The notes under the pieces: generated by a model
Databases searched by the model: none
Seen by the model: only the letters and a program-made list of their open reading frames with translations
What the model was told of the DNA's origin: nothing
Shown here: one piece after another, positions 19,221 through 30,401 of the stretch
Position numbering within the stretch: position 1 is the first letter of the stretch
How the letters are laid out: the number at the start of each line of letters is the position of its first letter
Assembly (NCBI GenBank): GCA_965237955.1
Contig: OZ250169.1
Span: forward strand, 1,536,001-1,600,000
DNA: 64,000 nucleotides
Reading direction: 5' to 3'
Origin: Candidatus Marinacidobacterales bacterium
GTDB taxonomy: Bacteria > Acidobacteriota > Vicinamibacteria > Marinacidobacterales > SMYC01
Translations under genes and position numbers: made by a program

Positions 19221-22078
19221 CTAAGATATCCTCTGCTTCGAAACGCTTCCCGTTCTCTGGAGGCCGGTTTCGGTAATGTCGGCGCTCTCCTGGTATACCC
19301 GATAGTCGGTATTGATGGACCAGAGATCGTGCGCCGCGCCGTCCAGCAGGTTCTCGGCTGCCATCATGCCCATCAGGATGCTGTGGTCCTGGTTGTTGTA
19401 CTTGAAGGACCCATAGCGACCGATCACGGAAAGCCCCTCCACCGTATCCAGGTAGGCGCGCACCACCCCGAGGTGCTCCATGTATCCCTTCTTGTACACC
19501 GGGTAGCAGCGGTGGGCGCGCGTCACGTGCCCGGCGGTAATCGCCTCTTTTTCAACGAGCCCGGTTGCCGCCAGCTCGGTTGTCGCTTGGGAGATGAGTT
19601 GCTCGTCGGTCCAGCTCCACAGCGGATCCTCGTCGAAGCACCAGTACTCCATGGAAAGAACGGTGTCGCGCTCCTCCCCGCAGAGCGTTGGGACCCAGTT
19701 GCGGTAGTTCGTGATCCTGCCGGTCTGCAAGCTATCGCCTTGCACGTATAGCCACTGATCCGGAAACGGGCTTTCGCTTGCCACCTTCAGGTAGACGAAG
19801 ACGGTATTTCGGAATGTCAGGGCCGCAGAAGCTTCGAGCACAGCACGGGGTACCATCGGGAGCGCTTTCACCAGCAGTGTCAGCGGCATCGTGCTGACGA
19901 CATGATCGACCTTTCTCGTCTCACCACTAAGAAGCTCGACGGTGCAAAGCCCAGACTTCCTGCCCGAGACGCGGGTGACACGAGAGCCTAGGTGGAGCGT
20001 CCCGCCGAGCTCGCGCACTCGATTCGCCATCCTTTCGTACACCATCCCCGAGCCGCGAGAGGGATACGCAAAGCGGGTAAGGAGCGTCGGATGCCGGCGG
20101 CCGTTGCCGAGGCCGATCGCAGCGGTCACGAGCTTCAAAAAGGAAAACTCCTTTGATCCGTTGAGCCGCAAAATCGGCATCGACCTGATCCGGAGGGATA
20201 CCCCAAAGCTTACGGCTATAGCTCTCGAAGAATGTTTCGTAGAGTCTTTGTCCGAACCGGTGGACAAGCCAGGATTCGAGCGAGTCTCCATTCCTTTGGG
20301 CAAAGGGCGTCTTTATATGCCCGAGCAGATAGCTTCCCGTGATATGACACGCCTCCCGCAGGCCGATCTTCCTCAAAGTATCGAACGGCTGGAGGGGGTA
20401 AGGAGGAGATGCCCTGAGATAGTTGAAGGTTAGGAGTGGCGGCTCCTAAGGCCGGGTTCGATAGAATCCGGCTGTGAAGGAAAAAGAAAGGAGCCACCAC
20501 GATGTCAAATCACCAAATCATCGATGCGAAGAACAGGAAGAAGCTTCGAGAGATACTGAGCTCGAAGGGGCAAGCTCTGTTGCCGTTCTTGGATGCGATT
20601 GAGCGAACCGAGATAGCGATCGACGAAGTGATCGACGTTGCTGGCCGAGCGACGATCGAAGCGGTCTTGGATCTGTCAGCCCAAAGTGTGGCTGGGGAGA
20701 AACACCCGGGGAAGAAGGGTAGCGATGTTCGCTGGCACGGCCGGCAGGGTGGCGTAGTAAGCCTTGCGGAGCGGAAGTTGAGAGTGAGCCGGCCACGTCT
20801 GCGGCGTAAGGGAAAGGCAGAGGGAGGGGAGGTTGCGATTCCTGCCTACGAAGCGGTGAACAACTCGTCTCGGCTGAGCCAACGCATCTGGGAAATCCTG
20901 ATGCTGGGTGTGTCGACGCGCAAGTACGCGTCGGTTCTTCCCGAGATGGCGGAGACGGTAGGGGTTAGCAAGAGCGAGGTGAGCCGTGAGTTCGTGGAAG
21001 CAAGCGCGGAGCAGTTGCAGGGGCTGATGGAGCGTCCGCTGGACGAGTTGGAGATCGCGGTCGTGTACCTGGACGGGATTCGCTTCGGCGAGCACCACGC
21101 GCTGGCGGCAATCGGCGTAGATACAGAGGGATACAAGCATGTTCTGGGGCTTCGGGATGGAGCATCGGAGAACCAGATAGTGTGCAAGGCGCTGCTGGAG
21201 GACCTGGTCGAACGAGGCCTGAGCCCAGAGCGGTGTCGGCTGTTCGTGATCGATGGCTCCAAGGCGCGACGGGTCGCCGTCGACGCTGTGTTCGCTCGGT
21301 TATCTGCCGCAGGAGCTGAAGCCGCAAGTGCAAGCGAGCCTGCGTTCGGCCTGGCAGCTCCCAGCAAAGAAGGGCAAAGCGCGGTTGGAGCAACAGGCGA
21401 AGTGGCTCGAGGACGACTACCCCTCGGCGGCGGAGAGCATCCGGGAGGGGCTCGACGAGATGTTCACCATCAACGAGCTCGACCTCCCCGCATCTCTGAA
21501 ACGCTGCCTTGGATCGACGAACATCATCGAGTCGTGCTTCAGCGGTGCGCGAGGTCGTACCCGTCGCGTCACCCGCTGGCGCAATGGCAAGATGGTTCTG
21601 AGATGGGCCGCTTCGGCTCTGCTCGCCACGGAGAAAAATTTCCGTCGTATCATTGGATACCAATCGCTACCGATCCTCGAAGCGAAGTTAGCGGAGGTCA
21701 CTGAGAATCAAGCGCTCGACAAGCACGCCAAAGTCGGGTAAACCATGTGTCAGGAGCCGCCACCACCTCGAACCTTCAACTATGGTGGGGGCACCTCCGG
21801 TAAGGATAGAATTCGTTCCGATAGTAGATACGCGTTAGACGATCCACCATCTCGTAGTCCTTGCCCACCACTTCGAGCCATAGTTGATTGACGCGCAGAT
21901 CCTTGCTGAAGAACCGGTGCGGTCCGAGATCGACTCGCTGGTTCCAGAGATCGAGACTTCGTGCGAGCCCGCCAACGTTCTCGCTGGCCTCGTAAACATA
22001 CACCTAAACTTCACTCTTGGTAAGCTGGTAGGCGGCGGTGAGCCCGGCGGGACCGGCACCAATGACTGCGACTCTCAT
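19221..22078 (-). pseudogene. FAD-dependent oxidoreductase (HemY-like / UDP-galactopyranose mutase-like), split by IS256
   Basis: MRVAVIGAGPAGL, DLGPHRFFSK, GRYGSFKYNNQDHS; TAG at 22004-22006; frameshifts near 20140. Confidence 0.85.
20405..21798 (+). mobile_element. IS256-family element, copy 1 (internal ~50-bp deletion)
   Basis: Imperfect TIRs GGAGATGCCC..ATAGTTGAAGGTT; 8-bp TSD GGTAAGGA (20397-20404 / 21799-21806); transposase 20502-21741 is frameshifted. Confidence 0.93.
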
Positions 22079-22167
22079 GGGAAAAGGTCGACAAAACATG
22101 CATCAGGATGTCGATGCGATGAGTTTCGGATACTATCACGGCTCTCGAGTCGGGAGGAGGTGGAGCC

Positions 22168-23874
22168 ATAATCGAACGGCAGCAGTATTCGTACTTGGAC
22201 GCCATCGAGCGCGGCATCGTCGAGCTCGTCTGTGAGTCGATCTTCGGGTCACCGCTGGACGAATCGCTGAGCCGTGTTCAGGATCAGATCAACCAGAAGC
22301 GAAGGGCACTGTCCTGGTACACGCAACTTCCCTGTGCGGGGTTTCTGATTCTCTACGATGCCGCGCATCTCGTGTTCTTGAGTCACTCGTACCGATTGAC
22401 GCGAAAGCGCCGGCGGCGGATATGGACTGTCCTGAGTCGACTCCCGCTGCTCTCGAACTTCAACCTCTACTACCAGTCCGTGTGCGTCTACTTCTCCTTT
22501 GCAGGCTCGGGGGAGAAGCATGCGAAACGTTCTCCGGGCCACCTCTCCCCTCCCGCTCGAGCCAAAGTCGTGGTCATCGGGTCGGGTCCCGGCGGGGCGG
22601 TCACCGCCGATTGCCTCGCTCAATCCGGCTCGGATGTCGTGGTCCTCGAAGAAGGGCCGGAGATTCCCGATTCGCCCGACCAGCTCTCCCCGCCACTGGC
22701 CGACCGCTACTGCCGCGGTGGAGGTGTGACGGTAACGTTCGGCAACGTCACCATGAGTTTCGTCGAAGGTCGTTGCTTCGGTGGCGGTAGCGAGATCAGC
22801 GGGGGCCTCTACTATCGCACGCCGCTTCACGTGCTCGAACACTGGCGTGACGTTTTCGGCGTCGAGGACACCTTCAACCGTACCAAAGTGGTGCTGGAGA
22901 GAGGCGCGGAATCCCTCGGCTGGAATGTCACCAAGGTCTCGAGTTGTCACTTCGTGGATCAAGAAGGAAAGCTGCGTCGCAGCTCGGTGGCATCGACTTT
23001 CCTCCGCTCAGCTCGTGAGCTGGGGGTCCAGTCGCTCACCGGAACGCGTGTCCACCGGATCCGGCCGGAGAACGGGCAGTACGAGCTCGATTGCACGGTC
23101 GACGGAAGCCCGCACCGGCTCCGCTGTGAGAGCGTTTTCGTCTCTGCCGGTGCGACGCAGACGCCCCTGCTGCTGGTGAGAAGCGGGGTGCGGAAGAACG
23201 TGGGCCGCACGCTCCGGTTTCAGCCGATCGTGAAGGTCGTGGCTGAGTTCGACGAGGAGGTCAATATCGGTAAATCCCGTATGCCGCCCTACCACGTCCG
23301 CAGTGTCGACTCGCGTTTTGTCCTCGGCTCATCGGTTAGCACTCTCGACCAGATCGCACTGAATCTGCTCCTCTACCCCGAGGCCCTGGCCGAGGTGAGG
23401 CACAGCTGGAGGCGCATGCTGATCTTCCACGTCGGCATTACCAGTTCCGCGGCCGGTCGCATTCTTGCCGTCGGTAATCGCGACGATCCAATCGTGACCT
23501 TCCGCGCTTCGACGGCCGACGTCGAGAAGTTGAACGAAGGGCTATCGAAGATGAGCCAACTCTTGCTGAACGCCGGCGCCAAAGCCGTCTACGTCAACGC
23601 ACGAGGGCTAGCGCCCATCAGAGAGCTCGACCGAGTCCCCGAGAGTCTCGACCGCCGTCAACTCAATCTCTTCTGCTACCACCTCTCGTCGTCTTGCCCG
23701 ATGGGAGAGAACGAGGCGCTTCGTGCCGTGGACTCATTCGGACGCGTGGAGGGACACAAGGGTCTCGTTGTTTCGGACAGCAGTATGCTCAGTACAGCTC
23801 CCTCGGTGAACCCGCAAGGCAGCATCATGGCCTTCGCCAGACGCAATGCCCTGCGCTACCTCGAGCGAGCGTAA
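22168..23874 (+). CDS. GMC-family FAD oxidoreductase (start codon possibly mutated to ATA)
   Basis: VIGSGPGG, GRCFGGGSEISGG, SAGATQTPLLL, HLSSSCPMG, SVNPQGSIMA; in-frame ATA at 22168 follows a GGAGG. Confidence 0.8.
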   Translation: MIERQQYSYLDAIERGIVELVCESIFGSPLDESLSRVQDQINQKRRALSWYTQLPCAGFLILYDAAHLVFLSHSYRLTRKRRRRIWTVLSRLPLLSNFNLYYQSVCVYFSFAGSGEKHAKRSPGHLSPPARAKVVVIGSGPGGAVTADCLAQSGSDVVVLEEGPEIPDSPDQLSPPLADRYCRGGGVTVTFGNVTMSFVEGRCFGGGSEISGGLYYRTPLHVLEHWRDVFGVEDTFNRTKVVLERGAESLGWNVTKVSSCHFVDQEGKLRRSSVASTFLRSARELGVQSLTGTRVHRIRPENGQYELDCTVDGSPHRLRCESVFVSAGATQTPLLLVRSGVRKNVGRTLRFQPIVKVVAEFDEEVNIGKSRMPPYHVRSVDSRFVLGSSVSTLDQIALNLLLYPEALAEVRHSWRRMLIFHVGITSSAAGRILAVGNRDDPIVTFRASTADVEKLNEGLSKMSQLLLNAGAKAVYVNARGLAPIRELDRVPESLDRRQLNLFCYHLSSSCPMGENEALRAVDSFGRVEGHKGLVVSDSSMLSTAPSVNPQGSIMAFARRNALRYLERA

Positions 23875-25741
23875 CCCCGAAAACCTGCCAAGAAGCCGAG
23901 CACCGTCAGTAGTCCGACCGACGCGATCATCGCACCGGTATACAAGGAGCGGGGGCGGTAGACAAACCTAACGATATGGTCACCCGGCGGAACGGCAACG
24001 GCGCGCTGAGCGTGATGCGCGCGGTGTATCGGCATCTCTCTCCCGTCAACCTCGGCGGCCCAGCCGCTGTGGAACGTGTCAGCAAGGACGACGTAACCCG
24101 CGCGGGGTGCCACGACAGCCAGCTCCACCATTTCCGGCTCACGGCGGGTGATGTCGACCGACTGCAGAACGTCACCGGCTCCCGGTACCGGGCAGGACTC
24201 CACCGATACCCCCGCCGCAGGCGTCCAGCAGGAAAGGCTGTCGAGCGCCTCACGATCCGCGCCTTCGACGTAGGAGTTGCAAGCCTCGACGAAGTACGCG
24301 CGCGGCACGCGGTGGAGGTTAAGGTGAACACCGTCCAGGTCCAAAAAATCGTCCGTTTGTGCAATGGGAGCTCCGTCGAGCTCGATGCCCTCAAGGCGTA
24401 GTCCCGAGCTATCGTCCTTGGCGCGCACGGTTAGTTCTCGGAAAATTTCAGGCGGAGAGAAGCGTATTTCGAGGGGACCGCGGGCAGGAAACGAGGCAGC
24501 GTGGCCGTTCGCGAGGACGGAGGCACTCCCGGCGTCGCCGATCCAACTCCAAGTGAGTCGCAGGTCGCGCACTTCTCTCGGCTGCTCCATCTTCAGCGTC
24601 AATGGTGAGATCGAAGGAGTGATATCGATCAGCGGTGACGGCGAGTGGACACGGGAACCGCACCATTTCCCGTCGGACGGCACCCGGGTGATAAACGCGA
24701 CGTTCAAGAGCGACAAAATATTGAGGCTTCGAGAGCTGGCGTCCAGCAGCTCGGCATAGCGGCCATCGAGCATCGAGAAATGCCCACCGACGAACTCGGC
24801 ACCATGGAGCATGGCGTAGTTTTCGAGGCGTCTACCACTCGCGTAGCGGGCGGGAAACGCCTGGGCAGCAACGAGTCGGGTGATCTTCCTCTCGCCCGCG
24901 CGGGCGAGCGTTCGGTAAGGGTGCATCCCGCGATCCTTGACGAAACTCCCGAGGTCGATCACGACCAGACCTCCAACCAACCAGACGGGCCATCGAGCGC
25001 GCGGTTTCCATCGGTAGGCCAGAAGAAAGATCGTATTGAGAGCTAGTAGCATCAGCGCCCAGTTGGTTCCCGCCACAAGTCGATCGACGGGCACGGACCC
25101 CGTGCCGTCGGCCCCTGTTAGGAGCAAAGTGTACAAGTACGCACTCCATGCACACATTAGGACAAGCAAAACGACCGCCGCTCCCAGCAGCGGACGTAAA
25201 CGACGTCGAAGCCGGTGCCCTCCCGCCAGAAGGCATTGGACCCCCAACCCAACCAGCACCGACATCGCGAGTGCGTATAGCCCGAGCCATCGAAATGGGA
25301 TCCGAAAACGTCCGAAGCCAGGAAGGCCCAGGTAAGCCACGTCGAACAGAATAGAGTCCTGCCCGACGGACAGGAATACGGCAACGACGGCAACCGCCGC
25401 AAAGAACCAGCGCGAGCGAACAGCCGACCACGTCAGCCCGATCGCCGCCAGCAACAAGGAACCGATCCCGACATACACATGTAGTGGCGCCGACGCAAGC
25501 TCGCCCGGCGGCACGACCTGCGCTCTCGGGACAAGAGCGGCCCAGAGCCAGAGTGGGTAAAATTCGAAGCTGGTCGCAAACTCGTAGCCCGAACCAGCCC
25601 GATACGATTCTCCTGCGAGCAGCACGGTTGGAAGAAACTGGACGGAGGCGATACTCGCGGCGAGACCGAGCGCCGGAGCGAAGCGGCGGACAAGACCCCA
25701 GCCTCCGCCCAGGAACCATGCCCAGGCCGACGCCAGCAAGA
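23856..25741 (-). pseudogene. YfhO-family membrane protein, 5'-truncated by IS5 copy 2
   Basis: AIASVQFLP-like region, PRAYFV, FHSGWAAEVDG, VPPGDHIVRFVYRP. Confidence 0.8.
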
Positions 25742-26828
25742 TGCCTTGGTGCACAACTCGCGATCTCGGTCCACAATTGTCCTTTACTCACGGATTCGAG
25801 GTTCCCCATGAGCATTTTCAAACGCACTCAGCGGAAGTATGTGAAGAAGGCCTATCGCGTGAGGAATTGGCGTGAATATGAGGCGGGTCTACGCAACCGT
25901 GGGAGCCTGACCGTCTGGATCTCGCTCACCGCCGGCAAGCTTGTGAACTGGGACGCGCCCCGGCCGAGGAGGAGGAAACCGGGCCGTCAACGCAAGTACT
26001 CGAACCACGCCATCGAGACGGCTGTCACCCTGGGCATGGTGTTTCATCTGTCATCTAGGCAGAGCGAGGGATTGATGCGATCGTTGTTCGCTCTGATGAA
26101 GCTAGACAATGATGTGCCCGATCACACCACGATCTCGAGGCGCAAGGCGAAGCTGGGTAAGGTCCCCTTCTACCAAGACAAGCAGAAGACGCCGTTGCAC
26201 ATCTTGATCGACAGCAGCGGTCTCGCTGTCCACGCCGGCCAGCTGCGCAGAGCACCAAAGAGCAGGGACTATCGCAAGCTCCATCTGTGTGTCGACGAGC
26301 AGAGTGGCGAAGTCGTCGCCGGCGAGCTGACGAGCAAAAGAGCCCGCGATTCATCGCGGGTTGCATCGCTTGTCGGACAGATCGACAGTCCCATCTCATC
26401 GGCCAGAGCTGACACCGCATACGACGCCGGCGGCGTCTATGAGGCAATCGAGAATCACAGCGCTCATTGCTCGCCGAGGGTGCTGATACCGCCGCGCAAG
26501 GGCGCCCAGCTCGCATCGGGGCCGGCGAGCAGCCGACAGCGCAATCGCAACATTGCAGCACAAGCTCGGCTCGGCAAACGAAAGTGGCACACAGAATCGG
26601 GCTACAGCAAACGGAGCAAAGTCGAGACAACGTTCCATCGCTACAAGGCTATCGTGGGCTCAGCGATGCGAGCGAGAGGGTTGGCGGCACAGAGAGTCGA
26701 GGCAAGGATCGGGTGCAAGATTCTCAACACCATGACGGCGCTCGGGATGCCTGATAGCGAGATGATCGGATGATGGGAGTCGGGGCCAAGCGAGCTATCG
26801 GCCTCTATCGGAGTTGTGCACCAAGGCA
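25742..26828 (+). mobile_element. IS5 family (IS903-like) element, copy 2, 1087 bp
   Basis: Same 18-bp TIRs; near-identical to copy 1 in inverted orientation; no TSD. Confidence 0.93.
25808..26773 (+). CDS. IS5-family DDE transposase
   Basis: Same protein as 10085-11050 apart from an L/M difference. Confidence 0.93.
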   Translation: MSIFKRTQRKYVKKAYRVRNWREYEAGLRNRGSLTVWISLTAGKLVNWDAPRPRRRKPGRQRKYSNHAIETAVTLGMVFHLSSRQSEGLMRSLFALMKLDNDVPDHTTISRRKAKLGKVPFYQDKQKTPLHILIDSSGLAVHAGQLRRAPKSRDYRKLHLCVDEQSGEVVAGELTSKRARDSSRVASLVGQIDSPISSARADTAYDAGGVYEAIENHSAHCSPRVLIPPRKGAQLASGPASSRQRNRNIAAQARLGKRKWHTESGYSKRSKVETTFHRYKAIVGSAMRARGLAAQRVEARIGCKILNTMTALGMPDSEMIG

Positions 26829-27750
26829 AAGGCACGCCGCGGTGGCTTCGAAGTGACGCGCGGCTTGGTCCTCGTGCTCCGGTTGTAGAAGAAGCCGCAT
26901 GTCGACCGGGGGTAGCGGCGGCTCGTCGAATCGCTTTTCCAAGACGACGTAATCGGGACTCGCCGTCCACGCGAAATCGTGCACGTCCGCCTGCCGATAG
27001 CGGTAGGTCGTCTTGCCGTCGGCGTGTAAGTCCTTTTCGACCTCGCGCCCGGTCGCACCAACGACGTACTCGCTCGGGACGGTGATGCGCACGTCGTACT
27101 CGCCGTAGTCCGAGTAAAATTCGGTACCGGCATGAAACTGGTGCGCGTTCCAGCCATCTTCTTCGAGAACCGCGACTTTGGGAAACCACTGGGCGATGAA
27201 AAAGAAATCCCCCACGAAATCCGGTACGCGCGAACGTGCGCGGGATCTTCGCATTCCAGGTCAGCTCGACTTGCGCGATGCCCTCGGGCTCGACCGGCTG
27301 GGGAAGCGGTACGACCATGACCGTCCGGTCGTCGGGGTTGCCGTCGTCGGGCGCGTCGAACCGCGCCTTGCTGGTCAGGTCGATACTGGGAACACCCACG
27401 TCGGGGATGAGCTCGATCGAGGTAACGTCCGTATAGCTCCAATCACCTTCCTGCGGGTCGTCACGATTCCTGCCACGGGAACGGAGGCGAGACTCAAGGA
27501 GCCACGTGCTGCGGTTGTTGCGTCACGCGTTCCAATACAAATGCAGGCGAAGCTCATCGGTCGCCGTGGGCTGGATGTTGCGCCAGGTGATGATCTCCTT
27601 CCCCGACAGCATCTTCGTCTCCGGGTCGAGTTCGACCTCGATGCTGTAGCTCGCGTTTCGAGCCGAAGGATGCCCTTCATCGGAGACTTCCTCTTGTGAA
27701 ACTCCGAGCGAGGGAACGAGAAGCAAAAGACCCAGTAGTGTTCGCTGCAT
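26829..27750 (-). pseudogene. M1-family aminopeptidase N-terminal fragment
   Basis: Signal peptide; SARNASYSIEVELDP; FIAQWFPKVAV; VHDFAWTAS; stop and frameshifts; cut by IS5 before the HEXXH region. Confidence 0.8.
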
Positions 27751-27828
27751 GAGGCCCTCCAGATGCATTAACGAGAGCGAAAAAGGCGCCGTGATTATAT
27801 GGGCGCCATGACGCCCCGAACAAGCTAG

Positions 27829-27953
27829 CCCCCTGGATCTTTGATTACTATACAAAGTTAGGCTTTTCGCCAGCCCATAAGATTCATAAGATTCATGCAC
27901 TTAGAATGGTTTCGGCAAGCTCTGCTTTATCTAGTTTGTTCTGATACAGGGGA
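27829..27953. mobile_element. 125-bp MITE, copy 2
   Basis: CTAG at 27825-27828 and 27954-27957; one base differs from copy 1. Confidence 0.9.
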
Positions 27954-28602
27954 CTAGTCCCCAGGCGTAGGGGTAGATATTTGCAGCGAGACGAGGCGTG
28001 CCAGAAGGATCGCCGGGTAAAGCTGGCCGATAAGGCCTTCGAGAACCGCGAACTGCCTGCCGACCGGAGTGACCGGGGTTACGTCCCCGTAACCCACCGT
28101 CGTCAATGTGACGAAGCTGAAATAGCTGAGACGTCCTACGAGCTCGTCATACAATTCCTTAGTCGTGGTCGCGCCACCGGTAGCCAGCTCGGCCATTTCG
28201 AACGCGTCGGGCTGTAACATTGCGATGAGAGCGAAAATCGAACCGAAGATGAGGCCGACCAAGAGATAGACGGCCACGGCGCCTTCGACACGATGTCTCG
28301 TGACCGGTCCCGCGGCGAACACGCGGCCAAGGATGACGACGCTCGCGAACGAGAAGAAGGTGATTCCCAGAATCGTGGAGGCGATGAGGAGCTCACGACT
28401 TGGCGTGGCGTAGGTGGCCCAACGGGTCAGTAGCGTGATCACCACGAGCCCTAGAGCGATGCGTCGCAGGTTTCGCTTCTCGACAGCGAACGTGCCCGAA
28501 ATCAGAACGAGCGAGAGGAACACGTCGATGACGTATTTCCGAGGCCCTCGGGCGGAAAGAACGGGTAGATGAGGAACAGAAGGACGTGAGAAAAAATTAA
28601 GC

Positions 28603-28630
28603 TTGACTAGCGGTACAGCTATGTTATAGA
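28603..28630 (+). promoter_or_regulatory. sigma70-like promoter inside the IS left end
   Basis: TTGACT-N16-TATAGA with a TGn extended -10. Confidence 0.55.
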
Positions 28631-28639
28631 GTGACCAGC

Positions 28640-28843
28640 ATGGGATACGTGACAAAGCTGCAGGTGATCAAGCGAGCCAACGACACCCGTCAGTTCTATG
28701 TGATTTGCCCGTCACCTTTAGCCCAGGCGCTAGAGATGGAGCCGGGCGAGGAGCTGGAGTGGGTGGTGGAGGATCGAAACACACTGATTGTGCGTCGGAC
28801 GCCTAAGGCAAAGCGTGGGAGGAAGCGGGGTAAACGTGGGTGA
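28640..28843 (+). CDS. AbrB/MazE/SpoVT-like small DNA-binding protein
   Basis: FYVICPSPLAQALEMEPGEELEWVVED swapped-hairpin pattern; basic tail. Confidence 0.7.
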   Translation: MGYVTKLQVIKRANDTRQFYVICPSPLAQALEMEPGEELEWVVEDRNTLIVRRTPKAKRGRKRGKRG

Positions 28844-30401
28844 TAAGCAAACGTCACTTCCAGGCTTTCCGAGTCCGCGAAAACGCAGCGATGGTGATGA
28901 CGGCGATGAGGGAGCGCGCGTGACACAAGCTCGGTTGAAGGTGGTCGATAGGGCGCAGCTGCTGCTGCGGACGGTCGACGTGGAGCGTTTGATCCCAGAG
29001 GATCACCCAGCGCGTGCGATCTGGGAGTTCGTGGGTCGGCTGGATCTCAGCGGGTACACGGATCAAGTCCGCTCGGTCGCGGGTGGCGCAGGCCGGCCTG
29101 CGTTTGATCCTCAGCTACTGGTGAGCCTGTGGGTCTACAGCTACAGCCAAGCCGTGAGTTCGGCCCGCGCGGTTGAGCGGCTGTGCGAACATCATCCGGC
29201 GTATCAATGGCTCAGCGGAATGCAGAGCATCAGTGCGCACACGCTGTCGGACTTTCGGATGATTCATAGGGAGATCCTGGACGAGTTGTTTGTGCAAGCT
29301 CTGGGAGTTTTGAGTTCGGACGGATTGATCACGCTCGAGCGAGTCATGCTGGATGGGACGAAGGTGCGCGCGAACGCTTCGTCGAGTGGATTTCGCCGCA
29401 AGCCGACGGTCGAAGAGTGTCTGGAGCAGGCGCGTGAGGCGGTAGAGACTCTCAACGCCCAGACGGAGGAGGAATCGAGCCGGCAGATGCAGGCAGCGCA
29501 GCAACGCGCCAGGCGAGAGAGACAGGATCGTCTAGAATCAGCGTTGAAGGAGTATGACAAGCTGAAAGCCGCGAAAAGCCGCATAGACTGCGTGAGCACG
29601 ACCGATCCCGACGCGCGGGTGATGAAGCAAGCCGAGGGCGGCTCCGCACCTAACTACAACGTCCAAGTCTCAACGGATGCCGCACACGGCCTGATTGTCG
29701 ACATCGATGCCACGCAGGCCGGTAGCGATTATCAGCAGCTGACGCCGGCCATAGAACGGATTGAGCAGAGCATGCAGCGTGCGCCCGAGCAGATGGTCGT
29801 AGATGGAGGCTACATTAGTAGCAACAACATCGCGGAGATGGCGAAGCGCGGCATCGATCTCGTCGGCCCCGACCACGAGAACAAGGCAGCAGAGGCCAAT
29901 CGGCGCAAGTCGTATAAGCACCACGGCGTGAAAGCGGAATACGAGGCGTCGAAGTTTGTCTTCGATACGCAGACCAACACGTATGTGTGCCCGCAGGGCA
30001 AGCACTTACGCTACGACGCCAAGCAGGAAAGCCATGGCACGATGCGCTATCGATATAAGGCGTCTAAGCAAGACTGCCAGACGTGTCCGGCCAAAGAGCA
30101 GTGTTGTCCTCGTACGCAGCACGGCCGCTCGATCGAGCGGCGCGAACTCTTGCCCGACATAGCCGCGTTCCGGAAGAAGATGCAGACCGACGAAGCCAAG
30201 GCCATCTATAAGACACGCTCGCAGGTGGCCGAGTTTCCGAATCTCTGGATCAAAACCAAGTTCGGCCTGCGGCAGTTTAGCGTGCGCGGAGTCGCCAAAG
30301 TGCGCACTGAATCTCTGTGGGTCGCCCTCACCTACGATATCTTGCAGTGGATTCGCCTCCGCTGGAGGCCGAAGATGGTATCGACACTCGTGCCGACGTG
30401 A
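28836..30401 (+). CDS. IS1182-family transposase
   Basis: LIPEDHPAR, GRPAFDP, SSARAVE, LDGTKVRANAS, TTDPDARVM, YNVQ, VDGGY, CPQG Zn ribbon, RSQVAE. Confidence 0.92.
   Translation: MGDKQTSLPGFPSPRKRSDGDDGDEGARVTQARLKVVDRAQLLLRTVDVERLIPEDHPARAIWEFVGRLDLSGYTDQVRSVAGGAGRPAFDPQLLVSLWVYSYSQAVSSARAVERLCEHHPAYQWLSGMQSISAHTLSDFRMIHREILDELFVQALGVLSSDGLITLERVMLDGTKVRANASSSGFRRKPTVEECLEQAREAVETLNAQTEEESSRQMQAAQQRARRERQDRLESALKEYDKLKAAKSRIDCVSTTDPDARVMKQAEGGSAPNYNVQVSTDAAHGLIVDIDATQAGSDYQQLTPAIERIEQSMQRAPEQMVVDGGYISSNNIAEMAKRGIDLVGPDHENKAAEANRRKSYKHHGVKAEYEASKFVFDTQTNTYVCPQGKHLRYDAKQESHGTMRYRYKASKQDCQTCPAKEQCCPRTQHGRSIERRELLPDIAAFRKKMQTDEAKAIYKTRSQVAEFPNLWIKTKFGLRQFSVRGVAKVRTESLWVALTYDILQWIRLRWRPKMVSTLVPT

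Noticed and set aside
11117-25741. Simple inversion between the two IS5 copies
   Set aside because: Crosswise flank comparison gives no TSD match and the half-genes do not rejoin
27954-27965. CTAGTCCCCAGG next to MITE copy 2 resembling another MITE end
   Set aside because: The similarity stops after ~12 bp and encodes the K-channel C-terminus (PGD*); likely coincidence or target preference
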